Assembly (NCBI GenBank): GCA_043800255.1
Contig: JAZDNF010000009.1
Span: forward strand, 32,001-96,000
Length of the DNA stretch: 64,000 nucleotides
Direction of reading: 5' to 3'
From: Candidatus Altiarchaeota archaeon
GTDB lineage: Archaea > Altiarchaeota > Altiarchaeia > IMC4 > SCGC-AAA252-I15
The position numbers were made by a program, and so were the translations under genes. Under the pieces are notes generated by a model. That model saw only the letters and a program-made list of their open reading frames with translations, had not been told where the DNA came from and did not search any database. The first letter of the stretch is position 1; every line of letters starts with the position of its first letter. Shown in pieces: positions 7,388 to 19,062 of the stretch.

Positions 7388-9952
7388 TTATTTGCCCTTA
7401 AGCCGCAGTATTATGCTAACCCTTCTCAGGACGCAGTCTGCAAAGTACATGAGCAACGCGGCGACAGCCAGATAATGCCATACCGGCGTTTCCTCGACCC
7501 TGTTTACGGTCGATATCCTCCTGGCGTAGTCCAGGAGGTCGGCTTCAAGCTGCGAAACCTGCTGGTGCGTGTAATATGAGCCTCCGGTGGCTCCGGCGAT
7601 GCTGGACAGGGTCTTAGAGTCAATGCCAAGCTGGTTCAATTCAACAGGATAGTTGACCGCCAGCGCGTCAACGTCAGAGTCTGAGCCGAGTATCGCTTTG
7701 ACAGCGTACAATCCGGCCCTGTTGGGGTTGAATGTGCCGACAAACGAGTCAAGGGAGTCCTGCTTCAGAGCCACCTCGGGAATGATCCCGGACTCGGAGT
7801 GCTTTACTATCAGCTCAGGTTTAGACTGTGCCTCGACCTTTATAAGAGCCTCGTTTCCAACGTAAGCGTTGCCCGTCTTCAGGAGCACGCTCCTGCCTTT
7901 CTCAAGGTCTCCTATGATCCAGTTGGTCAGCGCTGAGATGAGCTTTCCGTTGCCAGCCTCGTACATGCGGGGGCTCCACTCCATCCCATTGTCTGTGGTG
8001 ATGGACGCGACCCTCCCCAGGCCGAACCACCATACTGTGATGACAGGCTGCTCGGCCTTCGTTGACACGACCATCCTGGATATGGACTTCTCGTAGACTG
8101 TGTTATAGTTGCTGATCTTGACGTCGCTAAGCTCCATCCCCTCTGTTATGAAATGGTACCGGTCATAAATCTTCAAAGTGAAGCCCTCATCGCCCTTCTC
8201 CTCCTCGCTGAACCTCAACAGAAGGCGCTCATGCTCCCTCTCGCTTGGGCCATAATAGAGGCCATTGCCCCTGCGCGCGAACTCGACCATCCTGGACTCG
8301 GACTTGGGTATGGGATTGTCTGGATTGCTTCCCAAGACGGAAGCGCCCCCGCCGACTCCGATGAAGTTGGACTGTATGCCCTTGTCAGCCATCGTCTCCA
8401 GCTTATAGTACAGTGAATCGATTGAATTCTTCTGCCTGTAGATTTCGCCGTCGGTGAACATGAATATGAACTTCTTTCCTTCGAAGCCTGACAGCATCCT
8501 CTCAGCCTCATCCAGGCTAGAGTAGGCGTCAGTGCCGGCCTCGCCGAGAAGGCATGCCTGCAACCTGAGTATCCTGTCCTCGAGCGCCTCCCTGTCCAGG
8601 TACTCGAACTGCGTGAAATCCACGACAGTGTAGGGGTCTACGTTAAAGGCTATGAGCCCTATGCTGTCCCTGGGGTCGAGCTGCCTCATTACGTTTATCA
8701 TAAGCGCCTTCGCTATCTCGTCAGGCTCCGTCTGCCCCAGCCCGGGAGCGGCGAAACTGCAGGACAGGTCCATGAGGAAGACTACGCCGATAGGCTGCCT
8801 CTCCTTGGTAGGTTTTTTCCCGGATTTCACGGGCAGCAAGCTTTCGAAGTAGCTGTTATTGTAGCTGCCGTACTCGTAGGAGTTGTCGCCTCCGACGGCG
8901 ATAATGCCGTTGCCTGCCAGCACGTAACGCTTGTACTTTTCGACGAGGTCTCCGTCCAAGTCATCGGAATTTATGTTGTCCAGGACGACGGCCGGGTATC
9001 CGGAGATTTCCTCGTTTACGTTGGTTGTGAACTTGACATCGTATATCCTGCTCAGCACCTTGAGGAGGGGCGTGTCGGTCTCGGAGCCGATGACGAGGAG
9101 TTCAGGCCTTTCGACCACGTCAACCTTCTTGTAGAATCGGTTATTGTCCGGGAAGAAGTCGTCAGTGCCAGGCACCAGGTTTATCACTATCTCGTGGACG
9201 CCGGTCTCGGAGAACATCAACGTTTTGTTGATGTACTGTGTCAGGCCTGTCTGGGAGACTGTCTCCTCATGTATCCTGGAGCCGTCGACCGTTATCTCGA
9301 CCGTGTATCTGGCCCTCTCCTGCGACGTCTTCTCGACCTTCAGGACCATATCGTATTCGGCGTTCACCGGAGTCTTGTCGTCTCCCATCACGTCGCTTAT
9401 CCTGATGTCATCCTTCAGAACTCGGGGGGATATCGTGAAAACGGTTATGTTCATGGGAGCCAATACTGCGGCAACGCTCACAGGCTCCCTGCCGAAGTTG
9501 TTCCTGCCGTCCGAGAGCAGGATGACAATCTGATTGCCCTCCAGCGACTTCAGCCTCGTCCTGTAGAGGGTGTCGCCTATGGCGGTCTTGTTGCCTGAGA
9601 AGAACTCTATGTTGACGTCAGCCTTGCCGGTCGCGTTCTTGACGACGCTGTTTATCTCATTGTAGAGCCTGTTGCCCAGAGCCTCGGAGTCGAAAAGGTC
9701 CATGCTGGGGGAGGCGTCCTCGATGATGGTTATGGGTGGAAGGTCTCCGAGGACCTCCTTCTTGGTTAGGATATGCGGCGAAGCGAGGGCAACCACCAGC
9801 AGACATATGAGGACCGTCCTAACGATGAGGAACCTGACCTTCCGTCTGTCGAATCCACCGCGCAAGACGTAGTAGAAGAGCAGCAACAGCAGAGGAGCTG
9901 CCCAGGCCAGCCTCAGGGGATGGTCGAATGCTATGCTCTCTAGAGTAGGCAT
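7388..9952 (-). CDS. Membrane-anchored vWA-domain protein of MoxR cluster (vWA, Ig/CARDB-like, GATase-like domains)
   Basis: True start MPTLESIAF at 9952 (TGATG overlap with upstream stop). N-terminal TMs, DASPS…LSDG and DLSCS…FTDG MIDAS-like motifs, C-terminal TM. Confidence 0.85.
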   Translation of the reverse strand: MPTLESIAFDHPLRLAWAAPLLLLLFYYVLRGGFDRRKVRFLIVRTVLICLLVVALASPHILTKKEVLGDLPPITIIEDASPSMDLFDSEALGNRLYNEINSVVKNATGKADVNIEFFSGNKTAIGDTLYRTRLKSLEGNQIVILLSDGRNNFGREPVSVAAVLAPMNITVFTISPRVLKDDIRISDVMGDDKTPVNAEYDMVLKVEKTSQERARYTVEITVDGSRIHEETVSQTGLTQYINKTLMFSETGVHEIVINLVPGTDDFFPDNNRFYKKVDVVERPELLVIGSETDTPLLKVLSRIYDVKFTTNVNEEISGYPAVVLDNINSDDLDGDLVEKYKRYVLAGNGIIAVGGDNSYEYGSYNNSYFESLLPVKSGKKPTKERQPIGVVFLMDLSCSFAAPGLGQTEPDEIAKALMINVMRQLDPRDSIGLIAFNVDPYTVVDFTQFEYLDREALEDRILRLQACLLGEAGTDAYSSLDEAERMLSGFEGKKFIFMFTDGEIYRQKNSIDSLYYKLETMADKGIQSNFIGVGGGASVLGSNPDNPIPKSESRMVEFARRGNGLYYGPSEREHERLLLRFSEEEKGDEGFTLKIYDRYHFITEGMELSDVKISNYNTVYEKSISRMVVSTKAEQPVITVWWFGLGRVASITTDNGMEWSPRMYEAGNGKLISALTNWIIGDLEKGRSVLLKTGNAYVGNEALIKVEAQSKPELIVKHSESGIIPEVALKQDSLDSFVGTFNPNRAGLYAVKAILGSDSDVDALAVNYPVELNQLGIDSKTLSSIAGATGGSYYTHQQVSQLEADLLDYARRISTVNRVEETPVWHYLAVAALLMYFADCVLRRVSIILRLKGK

Positions 9953-11889
9953 CACAGCAATCCCCTCCGCCTGTAGAGGAAAGTCTCGGCAAATAGTATG
10001 AAAAGCGCGAAGGCTATGAGTATTGAATAGAAATACCTCCTGGTTTTTTCGCTGGCGATATCCAGGCCGACGACCTTCTCGTACTCCCTGAACTCCGTAG
10101 CGCTTATGTTCGACTCCATCTCGTTGAGCAGGTTGACAGAGAACGTTTTGGTGAAGTTCCCGGCTGCGATATCGTAAACTCCCGCATCGTCGAGGAAGAA
10201 CACCGTCGACTCTATGTCCTCGCCGGCCGGCGTTGTGAGTGTGGCGTTCATCTCCAGCGAGAGGTACTCGCCAGAGTTGTAGGAGCTTATGATCCCAAAC
10301 GAGTCGTCCCCGGTGAGAAACAGCATGATCTTGTATAAGAGGATTGGAAATTCCGAGCTCATCCTGAAGTTGCTCCACCTCTCGTCAGGGTTTATGCCCA
10401 GATATAGCACCCTCCCACGGCCGTATTCCTGGTAAGAGATGAGAGGGTATTTTCCCGTTGATACGACGGTTATGGAGTTGTTCTTAGCGGCCGCCCTGAA
10501 GTACCTTAAGGCTGTAACCCCCGAGAAGCCTATCTCCTCCTTCCCCTCCCTCCCCACAATCTCATGGTAGGGTATGTCAGAGTATATGAGGCCTGTCCCT
10601 GACACGATATCCTCGAAGACGACCGGGCTCATCTCGTAGAAGACGCTTTCCCCTATCTGAGCAGTAAAATCGTAGGGCACCATTATGAATGAGCCGCCGC
10701 CTCTCGTGAAGAGTGAGATGTCCCTGAGGGTTCCGGGCGGGATGTTGACGTTTGACACGCTTCCAAGTATGATAAGGTCGTATTTGCCGAATTCTGGGAT
10801 GACAGGCACCTCTGCAACATCCAATACGTTGTTCGGCAGGGACTGGAGAGCCAGCCTCAGATAGCTGTCCATCCCCTCAGAGGAGATGAGAAGCGTCTTA
10901 AGCGTCCTGATGCCCTCGACGACCGCATAGGCTGAGTCGTCAACAGCCAGGTCGTCGCCTCTCGTAAGTTCCACCCTGACAAGCTGGCTCTCATCAGGTA
11001 TGCTGTACTCGCCCTGATAGAAGAGGTCAGAGTACGCTTTCATGGTCCGTTCCTGCGTGTCCAGCAACTCCCGGTTAGATTGTATTTTGAACTGGACGGT
11101 ATGCTCCTCAGGGTCGTAGTTCCTTATGGTCACGGTCACCATGAGCTTCCTGGGGTTCTTGGAGGACCTCCACGCGGAAAAGTCTATGACGCCGACGTTC
11201 CTGCCGCTGGATCCGAATTTCACGAATTTCACCTTTATGTCGTTCAACTCGGCTATCTTCTTGGCTAGCGACGGGTCCATGCCCTCGTTGTCTGAGAAGT
11301 CGGAGAGGACGTGGATTACCTTGCTCTTGCTCTCTCCGACGATCATGTCCTTTGCCAGTATGATGGAGTCCCCGATGTTGGAGGACGTGTCAGCCGCCTT
11401 CAGTTTTCCCAAAACCAGCCTAGCCTGTTCTACGCTCCCCTTGTCCAGCAGGGTTATGGGGATGTTCTCGGCGAGTATTATGCTGACTGAGCTCTTCCTG
11501 TTGGCGCGTTCCAGTATTTCATCAGCCTCCGCCAGCGCGCTGCTAAACCTGTCAGGCCTCATGTCCTTGGCCTGCATGCTCGCTGACGCGTCGACCACTA
11601 TGGCGATTGCCGACTCGACGCCGCCTTCAGCGTCTGAGGAGATGAACGGCTTAGCTAACGCAACCGCGAGGAGGATGATGACCAGCAACTGCGTCAGAAG
11701 TATCGGATCCTTTATGAGCCTGTCAAAAAGGGAGGCGAACCTCCTGTTCCGTTCTATGTTCTTTATGAACATCAAAGTTGGGAGCCTGACTTCCTTAGGC
11801 TTCGGCTTCAGGAGGTAGAGTATTATTATCGGTACCAGCAGCAGCAGGCCAAATAGCAGGAGCGGCGTTTCAAAGAGTCTTTCAAACAT
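9952..11889 (-). CDS. BatA-domain plus vWA-domain membrane protein
   Basis: F..P..L..L…PII.LYL…PTL.F BatA-type N-terminus, DASASM MIDAS, LSD, C-terminal TM E…RR. Confidence 0.88.
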   Translation of the reverse strand: MFERLFETPLLLFGLLLLVPIIILYLLKPKPKEVRLPTLMFIKNIERNRRFASLFDRLIKDPILLTQLLVIILLAVALAKPFISSDAEGGVESAIAIVVDASASMQAKDMRPDRFSSALAEADEILERANRKSSVSIILAENIPITLLDKGSVEQARLVLGKLKAADTSSNIGDSIILAKDMIVGESKSKVIHVLSDFSDNEGMDPSLAKKIAELNDIKVKFVKFGSSGRNVGVIDFSAWRSSKNPRKLMVTVTIRNYDPEEHTVQFKIQSNRELLDTQERTMKAYSDLFYQGEYSIPDESQLVRVELTRGDDLAVDDSAYAVVEGIRTLKTLLISSEGMDSYLRLALQSLPNNVLDVAEVPVIPEFGKYDLIILGSVSNVNIPPGTLRDISLFTRGGGSFIMVPYDFTAQIGESVFYEMSPVVFEDIVSGTGLIYSDIPYHEIVGREGKEEIGFSGVTALRYFRAAAKNNSITVVSTGKYPLISYQEYGRGRVLYLGINPDERWSNFRMSSEFPILLYKIMLFLTGDDSFGIISSYNSGEYLSLEMNATLTTPAGEDIESTVFFLDDAGVYDIAAGNFTKTFSVNLLNEMESNISATEFREYEKVVGLDIASEKTRRYFYSILIAFALFILFAETFLYRRRGLL

Positions 11890-12763
11890 GACTGCGACCT
11901 CCGCCCAGCAGGCTCACGAAGCAGTCGAATATGGGAGTGTTGGTTCTGACGGAGTGGAAGTCAGCGCCGACGTCGTCGCATATCCCGTTGAGCTCCTTGA
12001 TGTGCTCTGTGACGCGCTCATTATACTCTTTCTTGAAGTTTGGGCTTAGGAACGTCCGCTTATGTCCCCCAGACTCCATGTCCTCGAAGTTTACGTCCTC
12101 AGACCATTCGAGGTTTACCTCGCCTGGGTCGAGTACCTGTATCATTATCAGCTCCTTCGACTGTTTGGCTATCCTGAGGATGCCCTCCTTGAGGGAGTCC
12201 ATAGGCTCCAGGAAGTCGGACAGCACTACGATGAACGATTTCGACTTTATCATCCTGCTGTACTGGGAGGTGGCAGTTCCGAAGTTAGTCTCCCCCTCCA
12301 ATTTCGCGTTGTTCAATATGTCTATGGTCTGGAAAAGGTGGGTTTTGGTCCGCTCCGCCCCCAGCGTCTGCATAAGCTGCTTCGAGTATAAGCCTATGCC
12401 AAACTCCTCGTTGTTCACTACAGTGAGGAAGCCGAAACCTGCCGCCAGGTTGCTCGCGTAGTCGAACTTCCTGTTCCCCTTCAGGCCGAAGTCCATGCTC
12501 TTGCTGGAATCGACCAGCAGATGCAGGATGAGGTTCTTGTCCTCCTCGAAGCGCCTGATGTACAGTTTCTCCGTCCGCCCGTAGACCTTCCAGTCTATGT
12601 TCCTGAAGTCGTCTCCCGGGAAGTACTCCCTGTAGTCCAGAGGCTCGATGCCGCTCCCGTATTTGGTGGAGGGCCTGCCGCCAGTATACAATGCCGAGAC
12701 CTTCTTCCGAATCACAAAATGCAGGTGCTTGACCTGGTCCAGGAAGGAGGCATCAACTGCCAT
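11882..12763 (-). CDS. DUF58 family protein
   Basis: DYREY.PGDD.R.IDWK…R..KL.IR.FEE, VDSS.SM, SDF; adjacent to MoxR. Confidence 0.92.
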   Translation of the reverse strand: MAVDASFLDQVKHLHFVIRKKVSALYTGGRPSTKYGSGIEPLDYREYFPGDDFRNIDWKVYGRTEKLYIRRFEEDKNLILHLLVDSSKSMDFGLKGNRKFDYASNLAAGFGFLTVVNNEEFGIGLYSKQLMQTLGAERTKTHLFQTIDILNNAKLEGETNFGTATSQYSRMIKSKSFIVVLSDFLEPMDSLKEGILRIAKQSKELIMIQVLDPGEVNLEWSEDVNFEDMESGGHKRTFLSPNFKKEYNERVTEHIKELNGICDDVGADFHSVRTNTPIFDCFVSLLGGGRSHV

Positions 12764-12764
12764 C

Positions 12765-13882
<1,118 letters not shown>

Positions 13883-13883
<1 letters not shown>

Positions 13884-14791
13884 TACGTCTCACCAACAAC
13901 TTTTTCAAAATATTTTCTGACGATTTCCTCATACTCAGGCCCGATAACGCATTCGTCGCACGTTTCCGCAGACCTGACGGAATCGAGTGTGAAGTCGACC
14001 TTGTCCTTCGCCTCCGCTGTGTCGTGTATCTCAATGTCGCCGCCGTACTCAGGATGGAGTTTGAAGTTGACGTCCTTGCCGTAGAGATTCGCTGCTGAGG
14101 CGTCGCCGAATATGTTCGGGTTCTCCTCGCCTCCCGCACCCCATCCCCTCCCGGGAATAGGCCCCTCAGAGTAGCCTGGCTTCTCTCCCCCGGGTTCGGC
14201 GCCGAGCTTCTCAGGCTCCTTCAGCTTGTATATCTCGTCCGAAGACTCCCATGAGCTGCCGTCTTTGCTGCTGTCGATATTCAGCCTGCCCTCGTCCATG
14301 AGGCTGGTCATGCTGTCCAGCAGCCTGCTGCTCCTCAGCAGGTCAGAGCCCAAATCCATCAGGTCGAATGCTGTGAAGGTTAGCAGCACGAACATCAGCA
14401 CGATCACCATCACGACCCTGCTGGCGAATGTCTTCGGCTCTATGAACGATGAAGTCTCCAGGTCGTTCAAAAGGGCTGAGACGTCGGACTTCAGGTCTTT
14501 GACGATGAGATTGTCCTCGTTTATGTTATCCTTCGCGGTCTTGAGCCTCTCCCTGAGGTTGGCGTTCTTCTCCTCTATGACCGAGACCACGTCAGATTCT
14601 TTGAACTTGCGCGACAGCACGAGCAATGTGGTGATAATGGTCGGGACAACGGCGAATACTATAGATACCCTTACTATCTGGAGCACTATCGAGAATATGA
14701 GGAATGTTATCAGAAAATCCAGTATGGCCTCGTATATCCTTATCCCAAGAAAGACCTTCTCCGCCTCGTTTATCCTCTGCGCCAGCCTCAT
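13883..14791 (-). CDS. Membrane protein of the MoxR cluster
   Basis: Three TM segments, L.ERL.TA motif, Gly/Glu-rich tail ending Y.EIVRKYF; translationally coupled to moxR. Confidence 0.7.
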
Positions 14792-14800
14792 CTTATGCCC

Positions 14801-15520
14801 TTAGATATCCTCTACGCCCGTTATTATAGCATTCACCTGCGACTGCAAGTCGTCAAGCTTCCTCTCCAGGCTGTTGAGGTCGCTCTTCATCTTCGTGACG
14901 TCGCTCTCAAGCTGTCCCCTCAGGTCAGAATCTGTGACCTGGCTGACTTTGCTGTCGATTGACTCCGCAGTGCCTTCAACATCGCTGGCCTTGCTCTTGG
15001 CGCTGGTCATCGTGGACGAGAGCTCGGAGCCCGTGTTCCTCATGTTGGTTGTGATGCTCGTTATCCTCTGGATTTCGATTGTAGCAGTGTTCAGTTGCGC
15101 TGCCTTCCTGCCGAGGTCGGTGCTGCACACGTCATACTCCTGCTTCGCATCATAGTAGAGGCCAGACAGCCTCTCCTTCTCGTACAATGTCGTGTTAAGG
15201 TCCTGCTCCAGTCCAGTCTTCTCGTCCTTCAGCTCGGTGAAGTGCTCGCCGAAGAAGCTCTCCCTCTCCTTCGACAGGTTGAGCTCGCCCATATAAGAGG
15301 AAAGCTGCTTCTCTTTGGCGTTGAGAAGCTCCTCCTTGGCCTTCGCCTCCCTCAGTGTCGAATTAAGGTCCTGGGCGACCTTGTTAACGTCAGATATGGC
15401 GTCCCGGTAGCGGGTATTAAGCTTCATGTAGGTTGACCGGTAGTATAGGCCCAACAGTAGCATGGATATTATCGTCAGAAGCAGCAGCCCGAACAGAAGG
15501 AAATTCACGTTATGCTTCAT
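14801..15520 (-). CDS. N-terminally anchored coiled-coil protein
   Basis: One N-terminal TM helix then heptad-rich helical sequence. Confidence 0.7.
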   Translation of the reverse strand: MKHNVNFLLFGLLLLTIISMLLLGLYYRSTYMKLNTRYRDAISDVNKVAQDLNSTLREAKAKEELLNAKEKQLSSYMGELNLSKERESFFGEHFTELKDEKTGLEQDLNTTLYEKERLSGLYYDAKQEYDVCSTDLGRKAAQLNTATIEIQRITSITTNMRNTGSELSSTMTSAKSKASDVEGTAESIDSKVSQVTDSDLRGQLESDVTKMKSDLNSLERKLDDLQSQVNAIITGVEDI

Positions 15521-15553
15521 CTTTAATTAAATAGAACTGAGGGTTAAATACAT

Positions 15554-16102
15554 TCAAAGCCTGTGGACGATTTCCCGCTCGAGGAAGCTGAGCTGCTGCT
15601 CGTTGAACACTTTCGGGTTCGCGGAAAGGAGGAAACAGCAACTGCTTGTTGAGATGCTGTCGTTTATGTGCTCTATGAGCTGCTCGACGCTCCTGAAGTC
15701 GTTATTGTTTATCAAGTATTCAACGCCCTCGAGGAAGATGACCCCGTTTTTGGTGTGCTCAATGAACTCGTCTATGTTCACCGCCACCTGCCCCAGGTCT
15801 GTCGACAGTATGAAAGGAAGGTCTGATGGAGTGCCCCTCAGCCATATTATCGGCGTCTTCGTGAACTTGTACCTCTGCCTGATCTCGTTCGGGTTTCTCC
15901 TGATGATGCACAAGCCAGGCATGTTGTTGTTAACGGCGTCGGAGAATATTTCGAAGCCGATATTAGGAGTCGTCTCCTCCACAAGGTAGCTCAGCCCGGA
16001 CTTCAAATCGAACCTCGGATTACTCCGCGTCTTCTTCTCAGGCTCTACTGATATGAGGGGGATGACAGGCTTCAGCTCCGTCTCCTCTCCTTTCTTTTCC
16101 AT
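15554..16102 (-). CDS. Stand-alone DUF835 domain protein
   Basis: GLCI.R.NP, IWL, VIFLEGVEYL…NDF, I.D pattern. Confidence 0.8.
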   Translation of the reverse strand: MEKKGEETELKPVIPLISVEPEKKTRSNPRFDLKSGLSYLVEETTPNIGFEIFSDAVNNNMPGLCIIRRNPNEIRQRYKFTKTPIIWLRGTPSDLPFILSTDLGQVAVNIDEFIEHTKNGVIFLEGVEYLINNNDFRSVEQLIEHINDSISTSSCCFLLSANPKVFNEQQLSFLEREIVHRL

Positions 16103-16135
16103 TTTATTAACAATAAGGTTTAAATAAGAAATACT

Positions 16136-17287
16136 ATGTCAGACCAGAAGAAAAAGACTCTCTGGACCCTGTCGGGAGCTTCCTTTCTCAACGACTTCGG
16201 CTCTGACATGATTTACCCGCTCTGGCCGGTCTTCGTCACCTCAGTTTTAGGCGCTAACATGACCGTCCTTGGATTCATTGACGGCCTAGGTGACGCTCTC
16301 GTCTCGATCTCGCAGGCGGTTTCAGGCTACCTGTCAGACAGGTCCAAGAAGAGAAAGATCTTTATCTGGTTAGGATATCTTTTCGGCTCTGTCTCGAGGA
16401 TAGGCTACGCATTTTCGACCGCCTGGCAGCATCTCATCCCATTCAGGGTGTTGGACAGGGCCGGGAAGATGAGAGGCGCCCCAAGAGATGCCATCATAGC
16501 TGACATTTCAACCGACAGTAACCGGGGAGGGAATTTCGGCCTCCTGAGGGCCATGGACAACCTCGGGGCAGTATGCGGGATAATAGCATCGATAGTGTTG
16601 TTCGGCTTCCTCGGTTACAGGAGGCTTTTCCTTTTGGCTGCGATACCGTCGCTAATAGGCGCGGCGCTCATAATACTGAACGTCGAAGACTCCGGCTCCA
16701 AAAAGGTTTACCGGGGCTTCAGTTTAAGGAACCTCAGCAGAGACTATAAAGTGTTCCTCCTGCTGAGTTCCGTGTTCGCATTAGGGTGGTTCAGCTACTC
16801 TTTCCTGCTGATTTCAGCCAAGGACGCCGGGTTTAATGTCACGACAATACCGATACTTTACCTTATCTTCACGGTCGTCGCGTCTGCCACTTCAATATAC
16901 TTCGGGAGGCTGGCTGACAGAATCGGCAGGAGAACAGTATTAGGCCTCTCGTTCATCCTCTTCGGCCTCATGTGCCTGGGTTTCATGTTCTTGGAGAATA
17001 CCCTAGCAATAGTGATGTTGTTCGTAGTCTACGGCCTGCATATGGCCTCAATAGAGCCTGTGAGAAACGCCATGGTCTCCGAATTCTCGACAGAGGATCA
17101 GAGGGCCACGATGCTTGGAACCTACAGGATGGTGGTAGGAGTATTGGCTCTGCCTGCCTCGCTGATTGCTGGCCTCCTCTGGGAGAGCATAGGCCATTGG
17201 GCCCCGTTCATGTTCTCGTTCCTGATGTGCGTCATAGCGACTTTCCTGCTGTCGTTCATGAGGGAGCCTAGGCCCTCACCATCATAG
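16136..17287 (+). CDS. MFS transporter
   Basis: About 12 hydrophobic segments; GYLSDR..KRK and GRLADRIGRR motif A. Confidence 0.92.
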   Translation: MSDQKKKTLWTLSGASFLNDFGSDMIYPLWPVFVTSVLGANMTVLGFIDGLGDALVSISQAVSGYLSDRSKKRKIFIWLGYLFGSVSRIGYAFSTAWQHLIPFRVLDRAGKMRGAPRDAIIADISTDSNRGGNFGLLRAMDNLGAVCGIIASIVLFGFLGYRRLFLLAAIPSLIGAALIILNVEDSGSKKVYRGFSLRNLSRDYKVFLLLSSVFALGWFSYSFLLISAKDAGFNVTTIPILYLIFTVVASATSIYFGRLADRIGRRTVLGLSFILFGLMCLGFMFLENTLAIVMLFVVYGLHMASIEPVRNAMVSEFSTEDQRATMLGTYRMVVGVLALPASLIAGLLWESIGHWAPFMFSFLMCVIATFLLSFMREPRPSPS

Positions 17288-18038
17288 AGAGCAGCTTCTC
17301 CCTCTCGGGAGAAATCATCAGCGCTGTCCCGACCAGGAAGGCGTCAGGCTTTCGCTGACATTTCTCTTTCAGCATCCTTATGTCATCAGGCTTCTCGATG
17401 CCGCTTTCCACAACAAAGAGCTTTCCCTCTGGAACGTGTTGGGACAGGTTGATGGATGTCTTCAAGTCAACCTTCAATGTCCTGAGGTCTCTGTTGTTGA
17501 CTCCTATCATCTTAGCACCGCAGTCCACAGCAACCTTTATCTCATCCCCGGTGTGCGTCTCGACCAGAGCCCACATGCCCTTCGAGTTACAATAGTCAAG
17601 CAGGCCTGCCAGCTCTGCCCCCAGGACCGACACCATGAGAAGCACGCCGTCGGCATTATATGCTAAAGCCTCGTCAACCTGGAATCTGTCGACTATGAAG
17701 TCCTTCCTCATCAGGGGTATGCTGACCTTCGGCCTTATCTTTTCGATGCTGGCAAGGGAGCCTCCGAAGTGCTTTTCTTCGGTCAGCACTGACAATGCCA
17801 TAGCCCCTGCTTTGGCGTATTCTAAGGCAACCTTCTCAACGTCTGCGGAGCTTATATGCCCTCTCGACGGCGAGGAGGGCTTGATTTCAGCGATTATTGT
17901 GTTGAATTCCGCGCTCCTTTTGAACTGCAGTGGCCTGTAGCCTTCATCCTGCCTTTTTCGTATGAGTTTGACATATTCCCTGTCATTTTTCCTCTCAGAG
18001 ACCTGTCTCCTGGACTCGGCAACGAGTTTTTCGAGCAT
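17268..18038 (-). CDS. trpC: Indole-3-glycerol-phosphate synthase
   Basis: IIAEIK.SSPS.G, SVLTE…F.GS, RKDFI, GVNNRDL, ESGI. Confidence 0.95.
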   Translation of the reverse strand: MLEKLVAESRRQVSERKNDREYVKLIRKRQDEGYRPLQFKRSAEFNTIIAEIKPSSPSRGHISSADVEKVALEYAKAGAMALSVLTEEKHFGGSLASIEKIRPKVSIPLMRKDFIVDRFQVDEALAYNADGVLLMVSVLGAELAGLLDYCNSKGMWALVETHTGDEIKVAVDCGAKMIGVNNRDLRTLKVDLKTSINLSQHVPEGKLFVVESGIEKPDDIRMLKEKCQRKPDAFLVGTALMISPEREKLLSMMVRA

Positions 18039-18096
18039 CCTATTATAATATGGCTGCCAGTATTTATCTGAGGCCGCTTGATTTCTGCTGGAAAAG

Positions 18097-18120
18097 AACG
18101 TGTAAACTAGTTGACACGTT
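18097..18120. promoter_or_regulatory. 24-bp near-perfect palindrome, candidate transcription-factor operator
   Basis: AACGTGT-A-AACTAGTT-G-ACACGTT, just upstream of TTATATAAA (about 18126-18134) in the divergent trpC/18214 spacer. Confidence 0.55.
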
Positions 18121-18213
18121 ATTTCTTATATAAATCTTAAGGAGAAAAATGGGAAAAACGAGGGGAATACGCCCAATCTAACCTTTAAAAAGGACGAAGA
18201 GTAAAGAGATAAC

Positions 18214-19062
18214 ATGAAAACAAGAATCGCATTACTGGCAATGATATTTCTGATAACAGCCGTTCAGGCCAAAAGCCAGAACAACATAGTACTGCTCGCG
18301 AATTCCATAGACTTCGAAGAGAACGCCGACTTCTACGGGTTCCTGACGAATAGCGGGATAAACGTGATATACGCTGGAGCCGACAACTTCTCAGACTACC
18401 ACGGAGAGAAGTTCATAGTGATACTGGGCGGCCAGAACGCTCCAGAAGGCGTCGGGGAGATAGTAAACGGCCTGCTGTCCGATGATGATGAGGAATCACT
18501 GCTCGAGTCAACAACGTCCAAGAAGATGTTCACGAAAACCAATGTCTGGATTCAGGGGCAGGTAGTGAGGATACTAGCAGGCTACGAGAAGCAGCAGACG
18601 AAGGAGATGGCTGACGAGAGGAAGGACAAAGTAGTGCAGGACAGTGCAGAATACTGCGAAGCAGACTCGGACTGCGTTCCAAGCTCATGCTGCCATCCCA
18701 GCAGCTGCGTGACAACATCCTTCGCGCCAGACTGTGAGGGAACGTTCTGCACGGCATCGTGCGAGGGCCCGCTGGACTGCGGCGCAGGCTCCTGCGGCTG
18801 CGTAAGCAACAGGTGCAGGATAGTCCTGCCGAAGAAGGCGGCTGAGCTGGTGTGCGAGACCACGGCAGACTGCGCTAAGGACAGTTACACCTACAAGTGC
18901 TCAGGCAGGGACGTCGTAAAGCAGATAAGAAAACACCTGTGCATAAACAACGTGTGCGTCGAGAAGCACAGCCAGGAGACGGTCGCAAAGTGCAAGACGA
19001 GCGAGAAGTGCATCGACGGGCAGTCATGGTGCGTCAGGAAGACCGCCATGGAAGCCTCTTAA
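18214..19062 (+). CDS. Secreted protein with N-terminal alpha/beta domain and Cys-rich C-terminus
   Basis: Signal peptide, LANSID…IVILGG..AP.GVG segment, then C..DSDC…CC..CVSNRC Cys clusters. Confidence 0.7.
   Translation: MKTRIALLAMIFLITAVQAKSQNNIVLLANSIDFEENADFYGFLTNSGINVIYAGADNFSDYHGEKFIVILGGQNAPEGVGEIVNGLLSDDDEESLLESTTSKKMFTKTNVWIQGQVVRILAGYEKQQTKEMADERKDKVVQDSAEYCEADSDCVPSSCCHPSSCVTTSFAPDCEGTFCTASCEGPLDCGAGSCGCVSNRCRIVLPKKAAELVCETTADCAKDSYTYKCSGRDVVKQIRKHLCINNVCVEKHSQETVAKCKTSEKCIDGQSWCVRKTAMEAS

Noticed and set aside
9953-10378. N-terminal 142 aa of the 996-aa ORF
   Set aside because: Overlaps the BatA/vWA gene in another frame; the real start is the coupled ATG at 9952.
18051-18095. 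Further copy of the two-hairpin element upstream of trpC
   Set aside because: Shares TGGCTG…GCCGC…ATTTC…GGAAA but lacks GAAY and hairpin 2, and overlaps the likely trpC TATA box; too weak to call.
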